A stretch of 34,246 bases of DNA from Muribaculaceae bacterium. Lineage in GTDB: Bacteria; Bacteroidota; Bacteroidia; Bacteroidales; Muribaculaceae. Made by a program: the position numbers and the translations under genes. The notes under the pieces are model-generated. The model saw nothing but the letters and a program-made list of their open reading frames with translations, searched no databases and was not told the DNA's origin. Every line of letters begins with the position of its first letter. Position 1 is the stretch's first letter. Where the stretch lies: NCBI GenBank assembly GCA_051871715.1, contig JBJEDD010000068.1:13912-48157 (forward strand), read 5' to 3'. This document shows, piece after piece, positions 18,879-28,400 of the stretch.

Positions 18879-18899
18879 AGCATAAAATGGGGTGGATAC

Positions 18900-18930
18900 T
18901 TTGATAATTGCGACATAATTGCTAAATTTG
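18900..18930 (+). promoter_or_regulatory. Consensus Bacteroidetes sigma-A promoter for the LysE operon
   Basis: TTTG (18900-18903), 19 nt, TAAATTTG (18923-18930); implies the start is ATG 18940 rather than TTG 18919. Confidence 0.7.
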
Positions 18931-18939
18931 CTCGCGAGA

Positions 18940-19569
18940 ATGGAGCAGTTGCTGTACATATTACCACGAGCAATAGCCATCGGCGTGATAATTTCGGCGC
19001 CAATGGGCCCTATAGGTATGCTCATAATCCAACGAGCACTCACCAAGGGACGCTGGTCGGGCATGTTCACCGGAGTGGGCGCCGCCCTCAGCGACTTGAT
19101 TTACTGCTTGATTACCGACCTGGGACTCTCGGTGGTGGATTATGTCGACTCACGCCCCGGGTGGCTCACCTTTGTGGGTGCCGGTGTTATCGTGGTCTTT
19201 GCGCTATACCTGTTCCGCAACAATCCCACACGCGCACTGAAGACGGCACAGCCGTCAGAGAGCAATAGTTATTGGACCGACTTCGGTACGGGATTCTTGC
19301 TCACGTTCTCCAATCCGTTCATTCTCATCATCACTATGCCGGTGATGAACAACATAGCGATGCTCCCGCCAGAGCATAGCGTGGGACACTACATATTTGC
19401 CTTCGCCTGCGTGCTATTGGGCGCGCTAATGTGGTGGAATATAATCACATGGCTTGTAAGTAGATTGCGCCGCCGCTTCAATGTACGCTCACTGTGGCTC
19501 ATCAACCGCATCGTCGCATGTATCTTGGTAGGCATGGCTATTTATATCGTCTTAAAACCCTTTATTTGA
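18940..19569 (+). CDS. LysE-family translocator
   Basis: GVIISAPMGPIGMLIIQRAL..G...G...G.GAALSD, GFLLTFSNP, WW...INRI; about 6 TM helices. Confidence 0.85.
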   Translation: MEQLLYILPRAIAIGVIISAPMGPIGMLIIQRALTKGRWSGMFTGVGAALSDLIYCLITDLGLSVVDYVDSRPGWLTFVGAGVIVVFALYLFRNNPTRALKTAQPSESNSYWTDFGTGFLLTFSNPFILIITMPVMNNIAMLPPEHSVGHYIFAFACVLLGALMWWNIITWLVSRLRRRFNVRSLWLINRIVACILVGMAIYIVLKPFI

Positions 19570-19570
19570 C

Positions 19571-20233
19571 ATGAACACACCACTGCAAATACCACGCATC
19601 GACCGCTTGGACGACATCGATGACATCAATGCCATCATTGTCGAACTTGACGACAAAGGGGCGCGTGGCGATATCAATTGTGTCAACTGGCGCGAAGTGT
19701 CGCCCTACCGACCGATGGCTGCTTTTTCCATTGCTTACTCGACACATTATATATATATTGACTTCCTCACTCGCTGCAATTATCTGCGCGCGGTAAATAC
19801 AGCCGACCAATCGCCGGTGAGCCAGGACTCGTGTGTTGAGTTTTTTATTGACCCACTGGGCGACGGACATTACTGGAATTTTGAATTCAACTGCATCGGA
19901 GCCATCAACGCATCGCACCGTCGCGAGCGCCCCAATCCTACACGCCTGACATCAGAGGAGTTGGCTACAGTGAAGCGCTATGCCTCGTGCGACACCAAGC
20001 CTTTCTGCGAGATAGAGGGGCTCTTCACATGGGACCTCCTGGTGGCTATTCCCCTGAAATTGATTGGGTTGGATGCCGAGTCTATGCCCACCACCGCGCG
20101 AGCCAATTTCTACAAATGCGCCTCAGCGACCACCGAGCCACATTACCTATCGTGGCACCCCATAAACACCGAGAAGCCCGACTTTCATCGCCTGGAGTTT
20201 TTTGGCGCAATTACATTCCTCAATAATCCATAA
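19571..20233 (+). CDS. Carbohydrate-binding family 9-like (CBM9_2/DOMON-like) protein
   Basis: VSQDSCVEFF, YWNFEFNCIG, ANFYKC, PHYLSW and PDFHR motifs; no signal peptide. Confidence 0.8.
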   Translation: MNTPLQIPRIDRLDDIDDINAIIVELDDKGARGDINCVNWREVSPYRPMAAFSIAYSTHYIYIDFLTRCNYLRAVNTADQSPVSQDSCVEFFIDPLGDGHYWNFEFNCIGAINASHRRERPNPTRLTSEELATVKRYASCDTKPFCEIEGLFTWDLLVAIPLKLIGLDAESMPTTARANFYKCASATTEPHYLSWHPINTEKPDFHRLEFFGAITFLNNP

Positions 20234-20239
20234 GCAACT

Positions 20240-21577
20240 ATGATACAACGTATTATCACAGCAGTAATCCTCACCATAGGCATCATCATCGGCACAGCGG
20301 CACAAGCGCCTCGATGGCTCGAAAGCGATGCCTCGACAGCCATAGCATCGCGCATACGCGCGGATTTCCCCTTCACAGTCGAGCAATTCAAGGCACTGGC
20401 AGCGAGCCACGATGCCTCACTCACCTCGGAGGTCATCGACGAGATGATACTCAACAAATATGTTGAGACAATGGTCATTGATGACACTGTGCGCGTGTTC
20501 CGCAAGGCGCTGCGCAACCTCAACCTACTTGATCCATCGCGCAATGGCAAGCAGATACATCGCGGCGATGATGCCCGCGATGTCGATATCAGTTATGTTG
20601 ACTCTGTAATCGACTGGACTACAGGCGCCAACCCCTATGGAGGCGCCCACCGCGTGGAGTATGCTTTCATCATCGAAATACCCGGGCACCAAGCCCTTGC
20701 AGGCGACACAGTACGTGCATGGATGCCGGTGCCTATCACCTCGGCTCGCCAACGCGATGTAGCCATCACCTATACCTCTCAACCCGAATACATCCTCAGC
20801 ACCGGGCGCTCGGTGCACAACACCATATACTTTGAGGCGCCGGCGCCGGCACTCGGCGACACATTGCGATTGGAGTATCGCGGCTCATTTATCACCACCG
20901 GTCAGTTCTTCAGCGAAGATTACATCTTGGAGCACCTGCAGCCCTATGATACCACCTCGGAGACCTATCATCGCTACACCGTCACCGAGGCGCCACACAT
21001 CGTGCGACTGCCCGCTCTCGCCAACGCCATCGCCGGCACCGAGACCAACCCATATCGCCTGTCGGAGCGCGTATTTGACTTCATCAGCCACATCCTGTGG
21101 GCAGGGGCTCGCGAGTATAGCACCATCGACTGCATTCCCACCTATGTCCTCGAGCAAGGGCATGGCGACTGCGGGCAAGTGGCTCTGCTGTACATCTCAT
21201 TGATGCGCACCCTCGGCATCCCCGCTCGTTGGGAGAGCGGCTGGATGCTCCACCCGGGCGACAAGAACTTCCACGACTGGGCAGAAGTATACTTCGAGGG
21301 CGTGGGCTGGGTGCCCGTCGACCCCTCGTTCAGTAATTACAATCTCGCACCTCGCGTGGAGAGCCGCGGCTTCTATGGTCACGGCATGGACGCTCACCGA
21401 TTTGCCTCTAACACAGGTATTTGCGGCGAATTGTATCCTCCAAAGCAATTTGTACGCTCCGAAACCGTCGATTTCCAAGCCGGCGAGGTGGAGACCTCGC
21501 GTGGCAACCTCTTCTACCACGGCTGGAAGAGCACCCTTAAACTTATTAACGTAACACCTGTCAAAATAGAACCATGA
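20240..21577 (+). CDS. Exported transglutaminase-like (Cys-His-Asp) protein
   Basis: Signal peptide; GHGDCGQ, RTLGIPARWESGW, FHDWAEVYFEGVGWVPVDPS. Confidence 0.85.
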   Translation: MIQRIITAVILTIGIIIGTAAQAPRWLESDASTAIASRIRADFPFTVEQFKALAASHDASLTSEVIDEMILNKYVETMVIDDTVRVFRKALRNLNLLDPSRNGKQIHRGDDARDVDISYVDSVIDWTTGANPYGGAHRVEYAFIIEIPGHQALAGDTVRAWMPVPITSARQRDVAITYTSQPEYILSTGRSVHNTIYFEAPAPALGDTLRLEYRGSFITTGQFFSEDYILEHLQPYDTTSETYHRYTVTEAPHIVRLPALANAIAGTETNPYRLSERVFDFISHILWAGAREYSTIDCIPTYVLEQGHGDCGQVALLYISLMRTLGIPARWESGWMLHPGDKNFHDWAEVYFEGVGWVPVDPSFSNYNLAPRVESRGFYGHGMDAHRFASNTGICGELYPPKQFVRSETVDFQAGEVETSRGNLFYHGWKSTLKLINVTPVKIEP

Positions 21578-22728
21578 GATACTCAAGATTTTCAGCCATA
21601 TTGTTCGCAGTGATAATCGCTGCCGCACCGATGCTCGCTATCACCGGCGCCGAGGTGCTAAAAAAAGTTAAAAAGCAAGTTGCTCCCGACAGCCGTCAGG
21701 TGGTCTACGAATTGGAATTTGATGGTAGCACCGGTGCGACAGGGGTCCTGCGCGGTGTCACCTCCGAGGCATCGGCATTGCAAGCCACCGTCGACGTCCT
21801 CAATGCCGCCGGCATCGCCTTTGACAATCAAGCCGTCGCCTATCCGGCAGACAATTTCGGCTTGGTCACCATTCCGGTAGCCACCCTGCGCACACGCCCG
21901 GCACATGCCGGCGAGGTAGCCACGCAAGCCGTTTTGGGCACACCCGTGAGGATACTTGAAAACAAAAAAGGCTGGATGCGCATCCAGACACCCGACGGCT
22001 ATATCGCTTATGTGCCTGACAGTTCGATTGCATCAAAGTCCAAAGCCGAGATGCGTGCCTGGCAACGCGACACTACACGCGTGGTAGTCACCAACTTGCG
22101 CCAAGTTTACCTTACATCTACACCCGGGAGCAACAATCCTCGCCAATGTGTGAGCGAACTGTGTCTGAGTAGCATCGTGACCATTAAAGCCGATGCCGCT
22201 GCCGACTCGCTGTGGGTGTGCGTACAACTGCCCAATGGTCGCTACGGCTGGGCAGAGCGCTCCAACTTTACCCCCATCAATCAATGGGCTAACCAAGACC
22301 TCGACATTGACCTCATCCTCGACACCGCCTACTCGATGGAAGGCGCACCCTACCTGTGGGGCGGCACTTCCAACAAGTGCACCGACTGCTCGGGCTTGGT
22401 AAAAATAAGTTACCTCAACAACGGCATTATCCTGCGCCGCGATGCCTCGCAACAAGCCCTCACCGGACAGCGCCTCGGCACCGATTGGGCTGAATATGAG
22501 GCAGGCGACTTGCTATTCTTCGGCGACGCCGCCAAGGGCAAAGTGACCCATGTGGGCATCTACGACAGCGACAGCCGATATATCCACTGCTCGGGACGCG
22601 TGAAGCGCAACAGCCTTGACCCCTCGGCAAGCGACTACCTGTATTCGACACTGTGGGCAGTGCGCATCCGCGGCAAAGTGGGCACCAACGGCATCACTCG
22701 CGTTGCCGACCATCCTTGGTTCTTTTGA
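21574..22728 (+). CDS. NlpC/P60 (C40) peptidase with SH3b domains, YkfC-like gamma-D-Glu-diamino acid endopeptidase
   Basis: Signal peptide; TQAVLGTPVRIL...WMRIQTPDGYIAYV (SH3b); PYLWGG, DCSG, RDASQQ, GDLLFF, THVGIY; ATGA overlap with the upstream gene; adjacent to an epimerase. Confidence 0.88.
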   Translation: MRYSRFSAILFAVIIAAAPMLAITGAEVLKKVKKQVAPDSRQVVYELEFDGSTGATGVLRGVTSEASALQATVDVLNAAGIAFDNQAVAYPADNFGLVTIPVATLRTRPAHAGEVATQAVLGTPVRILENKKGWMRIQTPDGYIAYVPDSSIASKSKAEMRAWQRDTTRVVVTNLRQVYLTSTPGSNNPRQCVSELCLSSIVTIKADAAADSLWVCVQLPNGRYGWAERSNFTPINQWANQDLDIDLILDTAYSMEGAPYLWGGTSNKCTDCSGLVKISYLNNGIILRRDASQQALTGQRLGTDWAEYEAGDLLFFGDAAKGKVTHVGIYDSDSRYIHCSGRVKRNSLDPSASDYLYSTLWAVRIRGKVGTNGITRVADHPWFF

Positions 22729-22764
22729 TACCCAACCATTTAACAATCTATAACCTACCCCAAT

Positions 22765-23895
22765 ATGAATCGCAGAAACTTTCTCAAGACATCGGCATTA
22801 GGGCTGGCGTTTGCCGCCTCACCTATCTCGATGTCGGCGCTCGACAGCCCTACTCGCACCACCACTCGCTCGGGCCGTCTCAACCTCTCGTTTGAGCCTT
22901 ACGAACTCAAACTGCGCCACTCGTTCAATCTCGCTCGCTCGCAACGCACCACCACGCCCGACGTGCAAGTGCAATTGGAATACGACGGCATCATCGGCTA
23001 TGGCGAGGCATCAATGCCTCCCTACCTGGGCGAGAGCGTCGAGTCAGTGACCAAATTTCTCTCGAGTCTCGACTTGGCTCAGTTCTCCGACCCCTTCCGC
23101 ATCGAAGATATCCACGCATATATGGACAGCATCGCCGACGCCAACCGCGCAGCCAAGGCTTCGGTCGACATCGCCCTCCATGACCTCTTGGGCAAAATCA
23201 TGGGGCAACCGTGGTACAAAATTTGGGGACTCAACCCCGATAATACCCCAAACACCTCATTCACAATCTCATACGACGCCGACCCAGCCGAGATGAAAGC
23301 AAAAATCGACGAAACGGCGCCATTCAAGGTTGTCAAAGTGAAGATGGGCGTCGGACATGACAAGGAGACCGTCGAAGCCCTGCGCCAACACAGCGATGTC
23401 GCTATCTGCGTGGATGCCAACCAAGGCTGGACCGACAAAAATCATGCTCTGGAGATGTGCAACTGGCTCGCCGAGCGCAATTGCCTCTTTGTGGAGCAAC
23501 CGATGCCCAAGGAAATGATTGACGAAACGGCATGGCTACGAGAGCGCTCGCCCCTGCCACTCATCGCCGACGAATTCCTGCAGCGTCTCCCCGACGTGGC
23601 ACGCGCTGCCGGCGCATATGACGGCATTAATATCAAATTGATGAAGAGCACCGGCATGCATGAGGCTTACCAAATGGCTACCCTCGCTCGTGCCATGGGT
23701 ATGAAGGTGATGCTCGGTTGCATGACCGAGACCTCCTGCGCTGTCACTGCCGCCGCTCAACTCTCGCCTATGGTCGACTGGGCTGACCTCGATGGCAACC
23801 TCCTCATCGCCAACGACCGCTTCGACGGCATTAAAATTGTTGATGGAAAGGTCACTATTCCCGACCGCCCCGGCATCGGTGTCGAACTAATTTGA
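22765..23895 (+). CDS. L-Ala-D/L-Glu (dipeptide) epimerase, enolase superfamily, with Tat-type signal (YkfB-like)
   Basis: MNRRNFLK twin-arginine signal; GYGE, DIALHDL, KVKMG, VDANQGW, EQP, ADE, NIKLMK, GCM.E and DLD motifs. Confidence 0.9.
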   Translation: MNRRNFLKTSALGLAFAASPISMSALDSPTRTTTRSGRLNLSFEPYELKLRHSFNLARSQRTTTPDVQVQLEYDGIIGYGEASMPPYLGESVESVTKFLSSLDLAQFSDPFRIEDIHAYMDSIADANRAAKASVDIALHDLLGKIMGQPWYKIWGLNPDNTPNTSFTISYDADPAEMKAKIDETAPFKVVKVKMGVGHDKETVEALRQHSDVAICVDANQGWTDKNHALEMCNWLAERNCLFVEQPMPKEMIDETAWLRERSPLPLIADEFLQRLPDVARAAGAYDGINIKLMKSTGMHEAYQMATLARAMGMKVMLGCMTETSCAVTAAAQLSPMVDWADLDGNLLIANDRFDGIKIVDGKVTIPDRPGIGVELI

Positions 23896-23924
23896 TGTTT
23901 TTTGACCGCAAAATTGCTCGTAAG

Positions 23925-23956
23925 GTTGCACAGAACAAAAATTATTACTAACTTTG
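23925..23956 (+). promoter_or_regulatory. Promoter for rpmH
   Basis: GTTG (23925-23928), 20 nt, TAACTTTG (23949-23956). Confidence 0.65.
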
Positions 23957-24000
23957 CGACTCGAATTGCGGAATAATAATAAAAAACAAAATACAAGGCA

Positions 24001-24156
24001 ATGAAAAGAACATTCCAACCTTCAAATCGCAAGCGTGTGAACAAGCACGGCTTCCGTGAACGTATGTCGACCCCCGATGGTCGCAAGGTTTTGGCTCGTC
24101 GTCGCGCCAAAGGTCGCGCTCGCCTCACCGTTTCCGACTCTATCGCTCACAAGTAA
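24001..24156 (+). CDS. rpmH: 50S ribosomal protein L34
   Basis: Not in the ORF track (51 aa); manual translation [51 protein letters not shown]. Confidence 0.98.
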   Translation: MKRTFQPSNRKRVNKHGFRERMSTPDGRKVLARRRAKGRARLTVSDSIAHK

Positions 24157-24184
24157 TCGTTAGTGTCGGCCCTGAGCCGCCTCT

Positions 24185-24231
24185 AAATGAACTGCATCTC
24201 GCCACCGGTGGGATGCAGTTCATTTTTTGTT
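24185..24231 (+). terminator. Rho-independent terminator after rpmH
   Basis: AAATGAACTGCATC...GATGCAGTTCATTT stem, extended by G-U pairs, running into TTTTTTGTT. Confidence 0.85.
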
Positions 24232-24246
24232 AAATTATTCTTAACA

Positions 24247-24278
24247 TTTGGAATTATAAACATTTTTTTATACCTTTG
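24247..24278 (+). promoter_or_regulatory. Consensus sigma-A promoter for the kinase/AAA/FHA/PP2C operon
   Basis: TTTG (24247-24250), 20 nt, TACCTTTG (24271-24278). Confidence 0.75.
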
Positions 24279-24298
24279 CATTATATAATAATGTGCTT

Positions 24299-25414
24299 AT
24301 GGAACAGCAAAAAAACGACCAAAAATACCAATACCAACAACACCAAGAATACCGTCAACAACACTTGAGCAATGGGGTCTCGATGCAAGCAGGCAACATA
24401 TGCGCCAACTGCGGGTCTGCCGTAGAGCCGGGAGCACGCTTCTGCGCCGAATGTGGAGCACCACAAGGCTCCGGCAATGAGTGTCCCAACTGCCACAGCG
24501 CCTTACAGCCCAACCATGTAATATGCCCGGTGTGCGGTGTCCCGTGCAGCACCATATGCACATTCTGCGGCTCTGAAATGTCCGTGGGTGAGGCTTTTTG
24601 CCCCGACTGTGGCAATGCACGCGCCGGCATCACATGTCCCGACTGCGGCACCCTCAACTACCGCTCTTTCTGTCGCAAGTGCAACCGCCCGCTCAACCCC
24701 ATGGCAATGTACGCCCTGGAGCGCATCAAGGACAACCCCCACATGCAGCGTGCCGCCAAACTCAACGAGGAAATATCACAAATAGAGGACGAGATACAGC
24801 GCCTCGAGCAAGAGTTGGCTACCTTGCCTCCCGAGCCCGAAGAACCACCATATGACCCCTTCGGCGGCGCCATTGACACCTCACGAACACAGTCGGCAGG
24901 CACACAAAGCCTTATGGAACAATTTGCCCGCCTATCGGGCAACACCACAGTACAACAGCCTGTGCAGCAAGCCCCCAAGCCTCAGCAGCAACAAACCAAG
25001 GCACCGTCGTTAACCCTCCAATCGCCCGGCGGACCTGTCGGCGGCGACATCCCGGCAGCCAAAGCACCCACTCAGCGCAAGCGCCCCCAAGCCATGCGAC
25101 TCGAGCAACTCAAGGCGCAGTACAGCAGCAAGATGGAAGAATTCCAGAAAGAACTTGACGCTATAGTTCCCGACCCCAACGACCCGCCCGAAATCAAGCG
25201 CAACATTGCATGCGCCATTAAGTATAGTATGTCCTACTCTACCACCACCATCAAGAAGGACCCACGTATGTATTGGATATGCAACGAGTGTCACATCAAG
25301 CACAACAATCCATCGGAATGTGGCGTAAGAGAATACGGTGGTAAATGGGTAAAGGAAACCATCACGACTATCATCACGACCGACCATAAAGTGGACGGCT
25401 CTATCAACTTATAA
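24299..25414 (+). CDS. Multi-zinc-ribbon (DZR-type) protein with coiled coils and P/Q-rich linker
   Basis: ATG 24299 (GTG 24293 also possible); eight CxxC pairs (CANC, CAEC, CPNC, CPVC, CTFC, CPDC, CPDC, CRKC); heptad LNEEISQIEDEIQRLEQEL; C-terminal CNECHIKHNNPSEC. Confidence 0.85.
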   Translation: MEQQKNDQKYQYQQHQEYRQQHLSNGVSMQAGNICANCGSAVEPGARFCAECGAPQGSGNECPNCHSALQPNHVICPVCGVPCSTICTFCGSEMSVGEAFCPDCGNARAGITCPDCGTLNYRSFCRKCNRPLNPMAMYALERIKDNPHMQRAAKLNEEISQIEDEIQRLEQELATLPPEPEEPPYDPFGGAIDTSRTQSAGTQSLMEQFARLSGNTTVQQPVQQAPKPQQQQTKAPSLTLQSPGGPVGGDIPAAKAPTQRKRPQAMRLEQLKAQYSSKMEEFQKELDAIVPDPNDPPEIKRNIACAIKYSMSYSTTTIKKDPRMYWICNECHIKHNNPSECGVREYGGKWVKETITTIITTDHKVDGSINL

Positions 25415-25435
25415 ATCTCTCTAAACAGACACCTT

Positions 25436-28400
25436 ATGAGCAAGACAGGAACATCAGTAGCCGGAGACGGTCAAATGCCCCAAGGGGCACAAAATCCGGC
25501 AACTCCCGGTGGCACATCAATAGCCGGCGGCACAGGTACCGCAGTTGCCGGCGGAACCGGCACTTCTGTTGCCGGCAATGGCACCGGCACCGCAGTTGCA
25601 GGCGGTGGCGCCAACCCTCAAGCAGCCGCCAACCAAAGCGGTATTCCCGAATTACCCGAATACATAATCAACGGGCACAGATTTACCAAGGTCAAAGCCC
25701 TCGGTGTCCCCTCGGGCGAAGGGCGTGTCTTCGTCGTCGAAAACGGTGGCAACCAATTTGCCCTCAAGATATATCGCGCCGGACACACCCCCGACACCGC
25801 CGTCCTCGATGCCGTGAAGAAGGCGGGCGGCGGCTTCATGGTGTATCTGCGCGAACACGGTGCATGGGTTAATCCCACACCTCCCGGGCTCGCACACTAC
25901 TTCGAATTGATGGACTTCTGCCCCTACGGCTCTCTGGGCGACATCCGCATCCGCACCGACGAGGAATTCAAAGCCATCGCCACCGGCATGGCATTCTGCA
26001 TCAAGCAGTGCCACGATAACGGCTTTATCCACCGAGACATCAAGCCCGAAAACTTCCTCATGACCGTGCCGCAGATCGACCCCAATGCCAAGTCCACGGT
26101 GCAATTCGTCGTCAGCGACTTCGGCATCGGACGCCTCATGGGAGGCAAAAAAAACATCATCACCGACCTCGGCAAGACCGGTCGCTACGCCTCGCCCGAG
26201 GCTTGCTACTCGAGCAACAACGTCACTGTCGAGATGGGCTTCCCCACCGACTATTACTCAATGGGACTCACCCTGCTCGCTATGTGTATCGGTGTCAACA
26301 CCTTCCCCATTGTGTGCAAGGACAGCGAATTGGACAACTACAAGCGCCTCGGCACCGTGATGGAGCAACTCGGTCCGATGATTCGCCTCAGCGACTACAG
26401 CAAATCTCTGCTTGCCGCCCTGTTGGAGAATAACCCCGACGACCGCGCCGACTTCAAAGCCATCCAAGAGTGGATTGCCGGCAAGACCTTGAAGACCAAG
26501 CAACAAGCCGCTGCCGACGCTGCCAATGCATTCAAATATGTATTTGACGACTCCACAAACAAGATCGCTCACTCGACCGAAGAGCTCGCCGAACTCATGA
26601 TGACCGACATCGAGTATGCCAAGCGCGAACTCTACCGCGGCGCTATCGTCCGCGGACTCGAACGCCTCGGTCGTGCTCGCATTGCCGGCGACATCGACAA
26701 TATCGTCACCAATGTTTACAAGCAGGAAAGTGAGAAGGAAGTAGGCGTTTATGCCGCCTGCCTGTGCCTCGACCAGTCGATGCCCTTCATCGACCGCGAC
26801 GGCAAGGAGTGCCGCACCGTCACCGAGATTGCCGATGCCTTGTGGCGCAACCGCTCGTTCTACGCCACCGACCTCAAGAACTCGGCATCGCGCCTGTGGG
26901 CTTACCTCCAAGCCCGTGGCGATGACAACCTCAAGAAATTTGCCGGTATCTACCGCCCGATGATCGTCAAGAGCGGTCAACACGGCGTATATGCCCTGTG
27001 CAAGGCGCTTAAGCCCGGTATGCCCTACTACAACCCCAAGGGCGCTACTATGGTCGCTCCCAAGGATATAGCCGAGGACCTTTGGAATCTCCGCAATACT
27101 TACTCAAAGGACCTCGCCGACCCCAACCACTCGCTGTGGACCTTCCTCAAGGGGCTCGGTGCTAACGGTGCCAAACTCGCCAAAGACTATCCCTCACGCA
27201 TCAACGACCACGGCGAATATGCCCTGTATGGTCTCTGTCTATCCCTCGACGAGGAAACGCCCTTCTATGCCAAGAACGGCAACAAGTGCTACGACGTAAG
27301 CGAGATTGCCCAAGAACTCTGGGACCTCGACTCTGATTATAAGAAGGAGGTCATCGACCCGATGCACCCCCTGTGGACCTATATGCGCTCGTGGCACGAT
27401 GACGAGTGGACTCGCATCGCCAATGAGTATCCGCAGAAAATCAAGGACCGCCCCGCAGTGTGGTTCTACGAACTCATCTACCGCATGGATCCCACCAAGC
27501 CTTACCTTGTGAAATTTGTGGACGATGAGAAGTGGCACCATATCAACAACTTCAATGCCCTTAAAACCGAACTTTATAAGCACGGCATCCACGACGCTTC
27601 GCTCTCGCTGTTGTGCGAAGCCGACTTCGTCACATGGCTCACCGTGCAGTCCGACCCCAAGGTCGCTCAGCGTGGCGCTCTGCTGGAGAAACTCGCCAAG
27701 CAATTAGGCTCCAATGCCTCCAAAAACGGCTGGTATCTCCTCTACAGCATCATCCCCGAGTTATCGTTGACCTTGCAGACCGACACCAAGGCTACCGACT
27801 ACATTGCCACCAACGAGCAAATCGGCAATGCCCTGTGTCAACAAATCAACACCGGCAAGTACATCTCCAACGCTGTTGGTGCCAAGATTGACCTCATCGC
27901 CACATTCAAGGACCCATCGGCATTCAAGGGCTCGCGATTGGAGCAATTCATGAATGCTCGCAAGATGGGCAACTATATCAACGGCATCCTCTCAATCATC
28001 GATGTCAACCATTGCATCGCCCAGCACAAATCCGCCCCCTACGACGGTTTCACCGCACGCTGGAAAGTCGTTGATTACCTGGGAGGTAAGCTCAAATATG
28101 TAACCGCCGCCGGCAAGGAAATTACCGACCCGCGCCAACTCGCCAACCTCCCCTCGGGCGAGGTATCCAACGAGGTGAGCCGCGGCTTGCCGCAGTTCTG
28201 CTCGTTGTGGTTCCACGAGGGCAAGGGCAAGTCTTTCTCTATCAAGGACTTGACTTCTTACCACAACTTCCTCAACAAGTACATCCCCACAGCCTACAAT
28301 ATGCGCCAATCAGCGTCGATGCGCAGCCAATTGCTCGACAAAATCGACGAGCGCAACCGCGCATGGAACGCACTGGGCAATATCCGCAAGTGGGTGATGA

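Noticed and set aside
17400-18895. Loose inverted similarity flanking the AlbA_2 gene (CCACCTATCATTTTGT vs ATAAAATGGGGTGG)
   Set aside because: Short, needs an indel and mismatches, has no target-site duplication or transposase, and the left copy overlaps a terminator stem.
18919-18939. TTG start for LysE
   Set aside because: It overlaps the predicted -7 element, so ATG 18940 is preferred.
24001-24156. rpmH not followed by rnpA/yidC
   Set aside because: To my knowledge that cluster is often broken up in Bacteroidota, so it is not treated as notable.
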